A stretch of DNA of 64,000 nucleotides from an uncultured Christensenellaceae bacterium (lineage in GTDB: Bacteria; Bacillota; Clostridia; Christensenellales; UBA3700), in NCBI GenBank assembly GCA_944380275.1, contig CALWHB010000001.1:33369-97368 (forward strand). The letters run 5' to 3'. The notes below the pieces were generated by a model. The model saw nothing but the letters and a program-made list of their open reading frames with translations. It was not told where the DNA came from and did not search any database. Made by a program: the position numbers and the translations under genes. How positions within the stretch are numbered: the stretch's first letter is position 1; each line of letters starts with the position of its first letter. This document shows, piece after piece, positions 19,281-29,262 of the stretch.

Positions 19281-20312
19281 ATGACGAGAAAAATTAAAAT
19301 AGGAAACATTACGATAGGCGGAGGAGAGAGAATCGCCGTCCAATCGATGACAAATACTAAAACTTCGGATATAGACGGTACTCTTGCTCAACTCGCCGCA
19401 CTTGAAAAAGCAGGTTGCGACATTGCACGCTGTTCGGTACCGGACGAGGCAAGCGCAAAAGCTTTAAAGAGCATAGTAAAAGGCACTAAAATGCCTATCG
19501 TCGCCGACATACATTTCGATTACAGACTGGCGGTTGCTGCGGCAGACGCCGGTGCGGCAAAAATCAGGATAAATCCGGGCAATATCGGTGACGAAAGTAA
19601 AGTGGAATATCTTGCAAAATATCTGAAGGAAAGAAAAATTCCTGTCAGAATAGGCGTAAACGGTGGCTCGCTTGACAAAAAATATCAGGGCATGCCGCTG
19701 GCTGAGGCGATGTGCGAAAGTGCGCTCGAACATGTAGGTTTGCTTGAAAAACACGGTTTTTACGATATAGTAATTTCTGTAAAATCCTCTGATGTCGCAA
19801 ATACGATAAAGGCATACAGATTGCTATCTCAAAAATGCGATTATCCTCTGCATGTCGGCGTAACAGAGGCGGGAATTTACGAAAAAGGACTGATAAAATC
19901 GGCAATAGGTATAGGCTCTCTGCTTTGCGACGGAATAGGCGATACCGTCAGGGTTTCTCTTACCGACGACCCCGTAAAAGAAGTTTATGCCGCAAAAGAG
20001 ATTCTCAAGGCGGTCGGACGCTTTGACGGTGCTTATGCAGAAGTCGTGTCGTGTCCCACTTGCGCAAGAACGTGTATAGACGTGCAGGGCATAGCGACAA
20101 AAGTCGAAGAATACGCGCGCACTCTGAATAAGAGCGTAAAGATAGCGGTAATGGGCTGCGTTGTCAACGGAATAGGTGAATCAAAAGGATGCGACGTAGG
20201 AGTCGCAGGAGGAAAGGACAAGTCCGTCATATTCAAAGACGGCAAAATAATCGCTACAGTTCCCAACGAAATTATACTCGAAGAGCTGAAAAGAGCAATC
20301 GATAAAATATAA
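19281..20312 (+). CDS. ispG: 4-hydroxy-3-methylbut-2-enyl diphosphate synthase (flavodoxin)
   Basis: IKIGNITIGGGERIAVQSMTNT, RINPGNIG and the Fe-S cysteines in VSCPTCART...MGCVVNG are present. The ATG at 19281 follows the rseP stop; the ORF-track start at 19233 lies inside rseP. Confidence 0.95.
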   Translation: MTRKIKIGNITIGGGERIAVQSMTNTKTSDIDGTLAQLAALEKAGCDIARCSVPDEASAKALKSIVKGTKMPIVADIHFDYRLAVAAADAGAAKIRINPGNIGDESKVEYLAKYLKERKIPVRIGVNGGSLDKKYQGMPLAEAMCESALEHVGLLEKHGFYDIVISVKSSDVANTIKAYRLLSQKCDYPLHVGVTEAGIYEKGLIKSAIGIGSLLCDGIGDTVRVSLTDDPVKEVYAAKEILKAVGRFDGAYAEVVSCPTCARTCIDVQGIATKVEEYARTLNKSVKIAVMGCVVNGIGESKGCDVGVAGGKDKSVIFKDGKIIATVPNEIILEELKRAIDKI

Positions 20313-20472
20313 TTACCATTTATATTTTTATGCGATTATTATAAAAATCGACTTAATTTAGAATATAAATCATATATTTGAGCCGTATTTTGACTATATA
20401 TTTGTTAATAACAAACAAAATAGCGACTCTGCAACAACAGCAGAAAAACTCGTGAGGAAACTTTGCGTATAT

Positions 20473-22059
20473 ATGAATAACGATGACAAAGTGAAGAATA
20501 CAGAAGAAAAAATCGATTTTATAAAACTTCTCAATATACGTTTTGACAACGCATACGACTTTCTTCGCGTTCGCTCAGTTGACCTCGATATCGAAGAAAA
20601 GACAGTTTCCGTTCAAATAGGTATGCCGTATTCAGGAGAAAATACTCTCAGCGAGGAAGACAAGAAAAAAATACTTTCTTTTGCCGTTGAAATATTGCCT
20701 TCAGAATATTCCGTTTCGATAAGCTACAGAAAATTCGGCGTCGATTATGATATCGTTTATAAACTCATAAGAGAATACGTTTCAAAGTATCACAGGGCTT
20801 ATTCTGTATTGATTTCATCTGACAACGTAAAGATAGACTGCAACGATAAAACGGTCACCGTAACCATCACTGTCGTAAAATCCGTCGAAGGTCTTTTCAG
20901 AAAGTGCAATCTGCCGGAAGGACTCAAAGAATATCTGGATTCTTCGTATGACAGAGAAAACATTATCAAAATAGAGAATACGGACACTTTTGTCATATCT
21001 GAGTCCGCTAAAGAGGAAGTTCCGGTCGTAATCGACGATTGTTACATAGAGATAAGCGCGCTGCACAAGCTTTGCGGCGGTGAAATAACTTCAAAAGCAC
21101 GCTATATAAGGGCATGCAAAACTCCTCAGAGTGCGATTTGCGTAACCGGAAAGGTTGAAAGTATCGTTGCCAAAAATTCAAAATCTTCGGGCAATCTGTA
21201 TTACAATTTTACGATAAACGACACTACCGGCATGATGAGATGCTGCTATTTCACGAGAAAAGCCGCAAAAGGTCCGCTGGATATTCTCGAAGAAGGAGCA
21301 GAAATAGCCGTCGTCGGCGATTTGCAGAACGACAATTATAAAGGCGGGCTTTCTCTTATAGCAAAAAGCGTTAGTCTGTGCAAGATTGATTATTCTTCAA
21401 TACTTACCGAAGACGATTTGAAACGGAAAAAAACTTATGTGCCTGTTAAGGCAAAGCCTCTCGACATTACTACGCAACAGAATATCTTTGACATTGCATA
21501 TGAAAAACCGCCTTATCTTACGGATAACGTTTTTGTTGTTTTTGACCTTGAAACCACAGGACTTCTCGACAACGGAGTTCCTTGTAAAATTATCGAAATA
21601 GGTGCTGTCAAAATTGTAAACGGCGTGTGTACGGAATATTTTTCGACACTTGTCGACCCGCAGATGCATATACCGGAAGGCGCGTCTGCGACAAATCATA
21701 TTTACGACGATATGGTAGAGGATGCACCGTATATCGAAGACGTTCTGCCTGACTTCCTTGCGTGGGTGGGTAATGCTACGTTGGTTGCTCACAACGGAAA
21801 TAAATTCGATTTTATAGTTCTCAGAAACGAGGCTGCGGAACAGGGTATGACGGTGCCTAACAAGACAAAAGATACAATAGTTATAGCTCAGGCATACAGA
21901 GATAAGACCGGTAAGAGGGGGCAACTCAACCTCAGGGTTCTTTGCAAAGAGTTCGATATTGAACTGGTTGAGGCTCACCGCGCATACTATGACGCTTACG
22001 CGACGGCGCAGTTGTTTATTCGGCTGTGCGATTTTGTCGACGTTGAAAGAATAGGGTGA
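20473..22059 (+). CDS. PolC-like N-terminal/OB-fold/3'-5' exonuclease protein lacking PHP and polymerase domains
   Basis: The OB-fold segment ICVTGKVESIV...FTINDTTGMMRCCYF...IAVVGDLQNDNYKGGLSLIAKSV resembles the PolC OB domain. DEDDh exonuclease motifs are present: VVFDLETTGL, LVAHNGNKFDFIVL and LCKEFDIELVEAHRAYYDAYATAQLF (compare B. subtilis PolC LCKKFDIELTQHHRAIYDAEATAYLL, quoted from memory). An alternative GTG start lies at 20452. Confidence 0.75.
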   Translation: MNNDDKVKNTEEKIDFIKLLNIRFDNAYDFLRVRSVDLDIEEKTVSVQIGMPYSGENTLSEEDKKKILSFAVEILPSEYSVSISYRKFGVDYDIVYKLIREYVSKYHRAYSVLISSDNVKIDCNDKTVTVTITVVKSVEGLFRKCNLPEGLKEYLDSSYDRENIIKIENTDTFVISESAKEEVPVVIDDCYIEISALHKLCGGEITSKARYIRACKTPQSAICVTGKVESIVAKNSKSSGNLYYNFTINDTTGMMRCCYFTRKAAKGPLDILEEGAEIAVVGDLQNDNYKGGLSLIAKSVSLCKIDYSSILTEDDLKRKKTYVPVKAKPLDITTQQNIFDIAYEKPPYLTDNVFVVFDLETTGLLDNGVPCKIIEIGAVKIVNGVCTEYFSTLVDPQMHIPEGASATNHIYDDMVEDAPYIEDVLPDFLAWVGNATLVAHNGNKFDFIVLRNEAAEQGMTVPNKTKDTIVIAQAYRDKTGKRGQLNLRVLCKEFDIELVEAHRAYYDAYATAQLFIRLCDFVDVERIG

Positions 22060-22247
22060 ATTTAAGTATTCGACAAAATATTGCCGAGTCTGACTTAGAG
22101 TAAAACAAGTGTTTTGTCTGACCGTTGTTCCTCTTTATCGTCGCGATTTTTATATATGCATTTCTGTTCTCGTGTAATAATAAGTGCGATAAAGGGCGCA
22201 GATATTTCACATTTGTGCATTTTTTGCAATTAATTCTGAAAAAAGTG

Positions 22248-22276
22248 TTGATTTTGCAAAATATATGTGATAATAT
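22248..22276 (+). promoter_or_regulatory. Sigma-A type promoter of the rimP-nusA-infB operon
   Basis: TTGATT (22248-22253), a 17-nt spacer, then TAATAT (22271-22276) with TGa. The leader contains a hairpin, AAGCGGCTGA..TCAGTCGCTT. Confidence 0.45.
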
Positions 22277-22343
22277 ATATGTAAGATAGTATTTACTTAC
22301 TAAGCGGCTGACATCAGTCGCTTTAATTATGTAAGGAGAGGTT

Positions 22344-22811
22344 ATGTCTAAAATCTGCGACAGCGTACAGGAACTTATACAGCCTATTCTGGATAAAATG
22401 AATATCGAACTTGTCGAAGTGGAATTCAAAAAACGCGGCGACAACGACGGTTCGCTCACTGTCTATATTGACAAAGAGGGAGGCGTTTCTCTCGACGATT
22501 GCGAGGCGGTACACAACGCTATCGACGCTCCGCTCGACGAACTCGACCCGACCGGCGGAAAGCCATATACTCTCAACGTGTCTTCGCCGGGACTTGACAG
22601 ACCGTTCAAGACTATCAGAGATTATCGTAAACATCTTGGTGAAGAGATAGAGATTTCTCTTTACAAACCGGTAGACGGCAATAAAAAATTCGAGGCGGTT
22701 CTCAATAGCGTTGACGACGCATTTACGCAGATTACCGCATCGGTAAAAGGAAAAACCATACAACTAAATATAAAAGACATAGCCCTCGCAAGAGCGGTTA
22801 TCAAGTTTTAG
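22344..22811 (+). CDS. rimP: Ribosome maturation factor RimP
   Basis: LVEVEFKKRGDNDGSLTVYIDKEGGVSLDDCEAV and LNVSSPGLDRPFK are present. RBS AAGGAGAGG lies upstream. Position 5' of nusA is canonical. Confidence 0.92.
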   Translation: MSKICDSVQELIQPILDKMNIELVEVEFKKRGDNDGSLTVYIDKEGGVSLDDCEAVHNAIDAPLDELDPTGGKPYTLNVSSPGLDRPFKTIRDYRKHLGEEIEISLYKPVDGNKKFEAVLNSVDDAFTQITASVKGKTIQLNIKDIALARAVIKF

Positions 22812-22820
22812 GAGGACAAA

Positions 22821-23897
22821 ATGATTAACAAGGATTTTTTTCTTGCGCTCGATTTGCTTGAAAAAGAAGGAAAAATCGACAAGGAACTGACGCTCAGGTC
22901 GCTTGAGGCAGCTATTGCCGCAGCTTACAAAAGAGAGTCCGGCGAGGCTCGCCCCGTAAGCGTTCAGATTAACGAACAGCGCAACCAGATAAGAATTGTC
23001 GCTTATCAGGAAGTTGTCGAAACCGTCGAAGACCCCGAAAAGGAAATTTCTCTCGAAGACGCAAAGAAGATTAAGTCGTCTTACAAAGTCGGCGACCGCG
23101 TCGTTGAAGAGATTACTCCCAAAGTTTTCAGCCGTATCGACGTTCAGACCGCAAAGCAGGTGTTTATGCAGAGGCTGATGGACGAGCATAAGAAGATTAC
23201 CTTAGAAGATATGACGCAGAAAGAGGGTGAAATCGTCACCGCTCAAATCAGAAGAATAGACGGCGACAGAATTTACCTTGACATATCCGGTTCTCAGATG
23301 GAGGGCATAATGATGCCGCAGGACCAGGTAAAAGGCGAAATTTACAAGCAGGGCGACGTACTTAAAGTTTACGTAAAGAATATCCGTACAGATTTCAAAG
23401 GCGGTTCTCAGGTTATGGTTTCAAGGTCGCATCGCGATTTTGTAAAGAGATTGTTTGAGATGGAAGTTCCCGAAATCAAATCCGGACTCGTCAAAATCAA
23501 GAAAATCGTCAGAGAGGCCGGTTACAGAACCAAGATGGCAGTATATTCCGACGACCCCAGCCTGGACGCTGTAGGCAGCTGCATAGGTCAGAGAGGTATG
23601 AGAATAAACGGTATCGTAGGCGAACTCAACGGTGAAAAAATTGACGTAATCGGTTGGTGTTCAGACCCCCTCGAATATATTGCGCGCGCTCTTAGCCCTG
23701 CAAAAGTCATCATGGTGCAGGTGAACGACGAAGAGAAGAGCGCGAAAGCTATCGTTGCAGACGACAAACTTTCTCTCGCTATCGGCAAGCAGGGACAAAA
23801 CGTCCGCCTTGCTGCAAAGCTCACAGAGTGGAAAATAGACGTAAAACCCTATTCTTCAATAGAAAACGTTGTTGAAACTCACCAGGACGAGGAGTAA
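22821..23897 (+). CDS. nusA: Transcription termination/antitermination factor NusA
   Basis: N-terminal NusA domain, an S1 domain (GEIVTAQIRRIDGDRIYLDI) and KH domains (DAVGSCIGQRGMRINGIV; LAIGKQGQNVRLAAKLT). Confidence 0.97.
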   Translation: MINKDFFLALDLLEKEGKIDKELTLRSLEAAIAAAYKRESGEARPVSVQINEQRNQIRIVAYQEVVETVEDPEKEISLEDAKKIKSSYKVGDRVVEEITPKVFSRIDVQTAKQVFMQRLMDEHKKITLEDMTQKEGEIVTAQIRRIDGDRIYLDISGSQMEGIMMPQDQVKGEIYKQGDVLKVYVKNIRTDFKGGSQVMVSRSHRDFVKRLFEMEVPEIKSGLVKIKKIVREAGYRTKMAVYSDDPSLDAVGSCIGQRGMRINGIVGELNGEKIDVIGWCSDPLEYIARALSPAKVIMVQVNDEEKSAKAIVADDKLSLAIGKQGQNVRLAAKLTEWKIDVKPYSSIENVVETHQDEE

Positions 23898-23900
23898 GAA

Positions 23901-24170
23901 GTGAAAAAGATTCCCGAAAGAACGTGCATAGCCTGCCGTACGTCAAAGCCAAAAAACGAATTTATCAGAGTCGTTCGCGACCCGCAAGGTAATATTTCGC
24001 TTGATTTTACAGGTAAGAAAAACGGCAGAGGAGCGTATCTGTGCAGGGATAAGAATTGTCTGGCAAAATGCGTCAAGTCAAAAGGTCTTGACCGCGCGCT
24101 GGGTTGTAAAGTAGACGAAGAAGTCTATCAAAGACTTTTGCAGGAATATGACGAACGCGGCGGGAATTGA
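23901..24170 (+). CDS. ylxR: YlxR/RnpM family RNA-binding protein (DUF448)
   Basis: IPERTCIACRTSKPKNEFIRVV...GRGAYLC motif and canonical position after nusA. GTG start. Confidence 0.9.
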   Translation: MKKIPERTCIACRTSKPKNEFIRVVRDPQGNISLDFTGKKNGRGAYLCRDKNCLAKCVKSKGLDRALGCKVDEEVYQRLLQEYDERGGN

Positions 24171-24450
24171 AAGTTATCTCGGTTTTGCGGTAAGGGCTAA
24201 AAAAGTCGTATACGGTCTTGAGTGCCTGTTGAGGCTAAAGCAGATACCCGAAGTCGTTTTATATGACCAAAGTCTTGGCAACAGCGCAAAACGCAAAGCG
24301 CAGTTTTTCTGCGAAAACAAATGTGCTGCGTTCCTGCCCGTGAAAGAAGGGTTTTTGAACGAAGTACTTAAAAGAAACAACGTCAAGCTCATTGCGGTTC
24401 TGGATAAATCGCTGGGCTGTCAGATTAAACGAATACTTGCGTCAAAATAG
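24148..24450 (+). CDS. ylxQ: L7Ae-family ribosomal-protein-like protein YlxQ
   Basis: LGFAVRAKKVVYG is an L7Ae-like N-terminus. The gene sits in the conserved slot between ylxR and infB. The start is uncertain; it overlaps the ylxR end. Confidence 0.75.
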   Translation: MTNAAGIESYLGFAVRAKKVVYGLECLLRLKQIPEVVLYDQSLGNSAKRKAQFFCENKCAAFLPVKEGFLNEVLKRNNVKLIAVLDKSLGCQIKRILASK

Positions 24451-24476
24451 CCGAAGACGCGTTACGGAGGTAGTTT

Positions 24477-27071
24477 GTGGCTAACGAAAACAACACGACT
24501 GAAAAGGTAGATTACACCAAAAACCTGAAGGAGATAAGTGAATTTGTCAACGACAAAGTAAAACCGCTTATCGCGAAAGTCATTTCGTCCAAATCAAACG
24601 TTAAAGACGCATTGGACAAAGTGGCTCTCGTAAAAGCGGAACTGACTCGTCAGGTACAGGAGGAGTTGCAGCGAAAAGAGGAAGAAGAAAAAGCTCTTTC
24701 CTATGATGCCGCACGCGAAGAAAACAGTCAGACTTCCGTATCTACAGCTGAACAAACGGAAGTTGAAACCGTACAACCTGAAACGGATGCGATTCAGGAT
24801 ACTACCGAACAGGCTGCTGAAGAAAAAACCGAAACGCCTGCTCCGGTTGCTCCCAAAGCCGAAATAAAGCCTGTACAGAAACCTGCTCAGCCGAGAACTT
24901 ATATAAATCCCGATGCTAAGATTGGCGGAAAGAGAGATTCTCAAAGACCCCAGGGCGGATTTGCGCAAAGACCTCAGGGGGACAGACCTCGCCGTCCTGC
25001 AGGACAAGGCGGTCAGGGAGGTCAGGGCGGATATGCCCAAAGACCTCAGAGCGGTATGCAGACGAGAGTTTTCGACACTCCGCCGCAGCAGAACGCAAAC
25101 AATCAGTTCAAAAAAGACAATAAAAAGAAACAGAACGGCGGCGCGAAAGACGACAACAAAAAAGGACTCAGCAAACGCGATTTGCTTAAAAAAGGTTATG
25201 TTTACGAAGGCGGCGACGACGAAGACGGTCAGATTAGACACGTCAAAGTGCGCAGAGCTAATAAGAAGGAAACCTTTACGCCTCAGGCTATCGTTATCGA
25301 ACACGCAATCATAAATACCGACCCTGTAGCTATTAAAGTTCTCAGCGAAAAAATAGGTAAGACTTCTACCGAAATCGTCAAAAAACTGTTCGATATGGGC
25401 AAGTTTGCAACGATTAACGACAGCATTGACTTTGAAACGGCTGAATTTGTCGCTCTCGATTACGGCATCACGCTCGAACTCAAGCAGGATACGACCGCTG
25501 AAGACAAGCTCAACGAACTTACCCACGTAGAATACGGCGAAGATAAACTCAAAAGACGTCCTCCTATCGTTACGATTATGGGACACGTCGACCACGGTAA
25601 AACGTCGCTCCTTGACTATATCAGAAAGAGTAACGTGGCGCGCGGAGAGGCAGGCGGTATTACCCAGCATATCGGCGCATATTCGATTGAGGTAAACGGA
25701 GAAAAAATCACCTTCCTCGATACTCCCGGACACCAGGCGTTTACCGCAATGAGAAGACGCGGCGCGAACGTAACCGATATTGCAGTTATTGTCGTAGCGG
25801 CTGACGACGGTATCATGCCGCAGACAGTTGAGGCAATCAATCATGCAAAAGACGCGGGCGTTTCTATAATAATCGCCGCAAACAAAATAGACAAACCTAC
25901 AGCGAATCTTGAAAATCTCAAACAGCAACTTGCTGCTCACGACGTGCTTGTCGAGGAGTGGGGCGGCGACGTTATGATGTGTCCCGTAAGCGCAAAAACA
26001 GGTCAGGGCGTACCAGAACTTCTCGAAGGCATTTTGCTTGTAGCCGAAGTTCTTGACCTCAAAGCTGTTGAAGATTGTCCCGCTCAGGGTTCAATCATAG
26101 AGGCAAGACTTGACAAAGGTCTGGGACCCGTTGCTACCGTACTCGTTCAGAGCGGTACGTTGCACGTTTCGGATTATGTTGTCGCAGGCACCAGCATAGG
26201 CAAGATACGTTCTATGACAGACTTTACCGGTAAGCGCGTCAAAGAGGCAAAACCATCTTTTGCCGCTCAGGTACAGGGCTTTACCGAAGTGCCTAATGCC
26301 GGAGATAAACTTGTCGTAGTAGGCGACGAAAAGCTTGCAAAAGAAGTTGCGGCAGAAAGAGCTGCAAAAGAAAGAATAGAAATGCAGAACCGCACGGCAA
26401 GTGCAAAGACTCTCGAAGATATGTTCAAAAACGTATCGGACGAAGAAGTCAAGTCGCTCGCTGTCATAATCAAAGCAGACGTTCAGGGTTCGGCTGAGGC
26501 TATGAAACAGTCGCTGCTTGAGATTTCCGACAAGATGAAAGACGACAACGTCAAGATTTCGATAATACATGCAGGCGTTGGTGCAATAAGCGAAGGCGAT
26601 GTAAACCTTGCTTATACGTCCAATGCGATTATTCTCGCATTCAACGTAAAGGCGGAACCCAAAGCAAGACAGCTTGCAGAGAGAAGTTCTATCGAAATCA
26701 GATATTACCGCGTTATTTACGAGGCAATCGAAGATATTCAGAGTGCGCTCAAAGGCATGCTTGCACCTGTTTACAAAGAGGAAATCGTCGGTCATGCAGA
26801 GGTCAGAGCGACGTTCAGAATCAGCGGCGTAGGCATGATAGCAGGTTGTTACGTTACCGACGGTAAGGTCGCAAGGACAAACAAGGCAAGACTCATACGC
26901 GACAATATCGTCGTATTTGAAGGAAATATCGCATCACTCAAGAGAGAGAAGAGCGATGCAAAAGAAGTCGCAAGCGGTTACGAGTGCGGTATCGGTCTTG
27001 AAAAGTTCGGCGACATCAAAGAAGGCGACGTCATTGAGGCGTTTGAAATGATACAGGTGAAAAATGAATAG
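24477..27071 (+). CDS. infB: Translation initiation factor IF-2
   Basis: G-domain motifs [20 protein letters not shown] and NKID. A long low-complexity Q/G/R/P-rich N-terminal region is present. GTG start with GGAGG upstream. Confidence 0.97.
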   Translation: MANENNTTEKVDYTKNLKEISEFVNDKVKPLIAKVISSKSNVKDALDKVALVKAELTRQVQEELQRKEEEEKALSYDAAREENSQTSVSTAEQTEVETVQPETDAIQDTTEQAAEEKTETPAPVAPKAEIKPVQKPAQPRTYINPDAKIGGKRDSQRPQGGFAQRPQGDRPRRPAGQGGQGGQGGYAQRPQSGMQTRVFDTPPQQNANNQFKKDNKKKQNGGAKDDNKKGLSKRDLLKKGYVYEGGDDEDGQIRHVKVRRANKKETFTPQAIVIEHAIINTDPVAIKVLSEKIGKTSTEIVKKLFDMGKFATINDSIDFETAEFVALDYGITLELKQDTTAEDKLNELTHVEYGEDKLKRRPPIVTIMGHVDHGKTSLLDYIRKSNVARGEAGGITQHIGAYSIEVNGEKITFLDTPGHQAFTAMRRRGANVTDIAVIVVAADDGIMPQTVEAINHAKDAGVSIIIAANKIDKPTANLENLKQQLAAHDVLVEEWGGDVMMCPVSAKTGQGVPELLEGILLVAEVLDLKAVEDCPAQGSIIEARLDKGLGPVATVLVQSGTLHVSDYVVAGTSIGKIRSMTDFTGKRVKEAKPSFAAQVQGFTEVPNAGDKLVVVGDEKLAKEVAAERAAKERIEMQNRTASAKTLEDMFKNVSDEEVKSLAVIIKADVQGSAEAMKQSLLEISDKMKDDNVKISIIHAGVGAISEGDVNLAYTSNAIILAFNVKAEPKARQLAERSSIEIRYYRVIYEAIEDIQSALKGMLAPVYKEEIVGHAEVRATFRISGVGMIAGCYVTDGKVARTNKARLIRDNIVVFEGNIASLKREKSDAKEVASGYECGIGLEKFGDIKEGDVIEAFEMIQVKNE

Positions 27072-27426
27072 GCTGGACAGGATTAATTCCGAACTAAAAA
27101 AACAGCTTGCCATCATCCTTCGCGACGGAGTGCGCGACCCGAGAGTACGCGGCATGATAAGCGTCATGGAAGTCAGCGTAGACAAAGACCTGACTCTCGC
27201 AAAGGTATACGTGAGCATCTTCGGCGCGGACGGCTGCGAAAAAGAAGTCCTCGAAGGACTCAACAGCGCACAGGGGTATATAAAATCCAGGCTTAAGAAT
27301 ATGATGATTCTCCGTGCCGTTCCCGCTCTGAGGTTTATACTCGATACCTCTATCAGTTACGGCATGAGTATGGACAAGCGACTGACGGAGTTGAATAAAA
27401 ATGACGGTAAAAAATCAACAGATTGA
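27064..27426 (+). CDS. rbfA: Ribosome-binding factor A
   Basis: RINSELKKQLAIILRDGVRDPRV...VSVDKDLTLAKVYVS. The start overlaps the infB end. Confidence 0.93.
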   Translation: MNRLDRINSELKKQLAIILRDGVRDPRVRGMISVMEVSVDKDLTLAKVYVSIFGADGCEKEVLEGLNSAQGYIKSRLKNMMILRAVPALRFILDTSISYGMSMDKRLTELNKNDGKKSTD

Positions 27427-28378
27427 AAAATTTATCAATGCGGTCGATAAAGCGCAGACAATTGCGCTTTTCAGCCACATAAATCCCGACGGAGATACTT
27501 GCGGCAGCGCACTTGCGCTTTACCGCGCTTTGAAGACGTATGGTAAACAGCCATACGTTTTTTGTGACGGAGTTTTCAATGACAAACTGCATTATCTCGA
27601 CGGACTGGAAGAATATAACAAATACGATTTTTCGCCGTGCGACCTGGCTATTGCTGTTGACTGTTCGGACAACGGCAGGTTGGGGATGTACGAGAGCGCG
27701 TATTATTCATGCAGATACCGTCTTTTCGTTGACCACCATATAACGAGAGGTAAAAGAGGCGATTTCAATATCGTTGAAACAGATGCATCGGCTACCGCAG
27801 AAGTAGTATTTGACCTTATAAAAGCTTTGGACGAACGCAAAAAGTGTATGGATGACATTGTCGCTAAACTTCTTTACTGCGCTTTGGTTACCGACAGCGG
27901 CGGTTTTTCTTTTTCATCGGTTACCGAAAAGACGCTTTCTGTTGCCGCTGAACTGATAAAATACGATTTCAAAGCAAACGAGATATTCGATAACTTCATG
28001 AAGAAAATCGATTATAAAGTTTTCAATCTCAAGAATCGCGTATTGAGCAACGCTAAAATGTATGACGACGGTGTCATAGCAGGAATATTTTTCAGAAAAT
28101 CAGACTTTGACGCGACCGGCACTACAGATGCCGATACCGAAGGCATTATCAACAATATTCTCAATATTATTGGCGTGAAAATCGCTTTTTCTATTACAGA
28201 AACAGGAAACGGCATGCAGTACAAAGTCAGTTTCCGTACGGTTGACGGTGTAAATGCCGACGAAATAGCCGCAATTTTCGGGGGCGGAGGTCATAAAAAC
28301 GCCGCCGGATGCAGAGTAAGCGGTTTCTTTGAAGACGTAAAAGACAAAATACTCAAGGCTTGCAGGGATTGCCTATGA
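27401..28378 (+). CDS. nrnA: DHH-family phosphoesterase (NrnA-like oligoribonuclease/pAp phosphatase)
   Basis: DHH motifs HINPDGDTCGS, AVDCSD and VDHH, plus the DHHA1 motif GGGGHKNAAG. Confidence 0.85.
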   Translation: MTVKNQQIEKFINAVDKAQTIALFSHINPDGDTCGSALALYRALKTYGKQPYVFCDGVFNDKLHYLDGLEEYNKYDFSPCDLAIAVDCSDNGRLGMYESAYYSCRYRLFVDHHITRGKRGDFNIVETDASATAEVVFDLIKALDERKKCMDDIVAKLLYCALVTDSGGFSFSSVTEKTLSVAAELIKYDFKANEIFDNFMKKIDYKVFNLKNRVLSNAKMYDDGVIAGIFFRKSDFDATGTTDADTEGIINNILNIIGVKIAFSITETGNGMQYKVSFRTVDGVNADEIAAIFGGGGHKNAAGCRVSGFFEDVKDKILKACRDCL

Positions 28379-29262
28379 ACTTTGCGGTTGCGATATATAA
28401 ACCTGAGGGTATTTCTTCAAGCGACGTTGTAATTAAATGTCGCAATGCTTTTTCAAAAGCCGTGGGACAAAAGATTAAATGCGGACACATGGGGACGTTG
28501 GACCCTGCCGCAGACGGTGTTCTCGTCCTTGGGTTCGGCAAAGCGACAAAGCTTTTCGATTATGTGCAAGGGTGTAAAAAGGTTTATAAAGCCGAATTTA
28601 CCTTTGGAAAAACAACTGATACTCTTGACAGGGAAGGCATTGTAACGGCGGAAGACGGAAAGCTCCCGACGGAAACAGAACTGAAAGAAGTATTGCCGTC
28701 TTTTATAGGTGAAATTAGTCAGGTTCCGCCTGAATACAGCGCGGTAAACGTAAACGGAGTCAGAGCTTATAAGCTTGCGAGAAAAGGAGCGAAGGTAAAG
28801 CTTGACGCAAAAACAGTAAATATTTACGAAATAAAACTGCTGAGTTGTGTTAGCAGTGGCAACGACGTTTTAAGTGCAGAGATAGAAATCGTCTGCGGTT
28901 CGGGTACATACATAAGAAGTCTTTGCAGAGATATTGCAAACAAACTTGGCTGTCTTGCTTATATGTCTGCGTTGACAAGGACTGAGTGTGCAGGATACAC
29001 TTTGAACGATGCGGCGGATATGAAAGAATTTATTTCTGCCCCTGAAAAGTTTGTGCGTCCGGAGCTTGAAATCATTGAAAAACTTTTTACGCCGGCAGAT
29101 GTGGACATGGATACTGCCAAACGACTGAAATACGGTCAGAGTGTAGCTTGTGCATACGCAGACGGCATATACGGCATTACCTGCGGAGGCGAAATCCTCG
29201 GAGTGGGAAAAATCAAAGACGGAACCGTGAGATTGGAAACACATCTATGGAATACGATATAA
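28375..29262 (+). CDS. truB: tRNA pseudouridine(55) synthase
   Basis: GHMGTLDPAADGVLVLG contains the catalytic Asp motif; QVPPEYSAVNVNGVRAY is also present. The ATG at 28375 overlaps the nrnA stop (ATGA). Confidence 0.93.
   Translation: MNFAVAIYKPEGISSSDVVIKCRNAFSKAVGQKIKCGHMGTLDPAADGVLVLGFGKATKLFDYVQGCKKVYKAEFTFGKTTDTLDREGIVTAEDGKLPTETELKEVLPSFIGEISQVPPEYSAVNVNGVRAYKLARKGAKVKLDAKTVNIYEIKLLSCVSSGNDVLSAEIEIVCGSGTYIRSLCRDIANKLGCLAYMSALTRTECAGYTLNDAADMKEFISAPEKFVRPELEIIEKLFTPADVDMDTAKRLKYGQSVACAYADGIYGITCGGEILGVGKIKDGTVRLETHLWNTI

Noticed and set aside
24930-25110. The Q/G/R/P-rich repeat ([37 protein letters not shown]) in the infB N-terminus as a possible independent element.
   Set aside because: Variable low-complexity N-terminal regions are normal for bacterial IF-2. 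It is in frame and continuous with the conserved domains.
24594-25940. A 448-aa ORF antisense to infB.
   Set aside because: It lies opposite the IF-2 low-complexity N-terminal region and G domain. It has no start context and an implausible Phe/Ser/Arg-rich composition. It is a shadow ORF.
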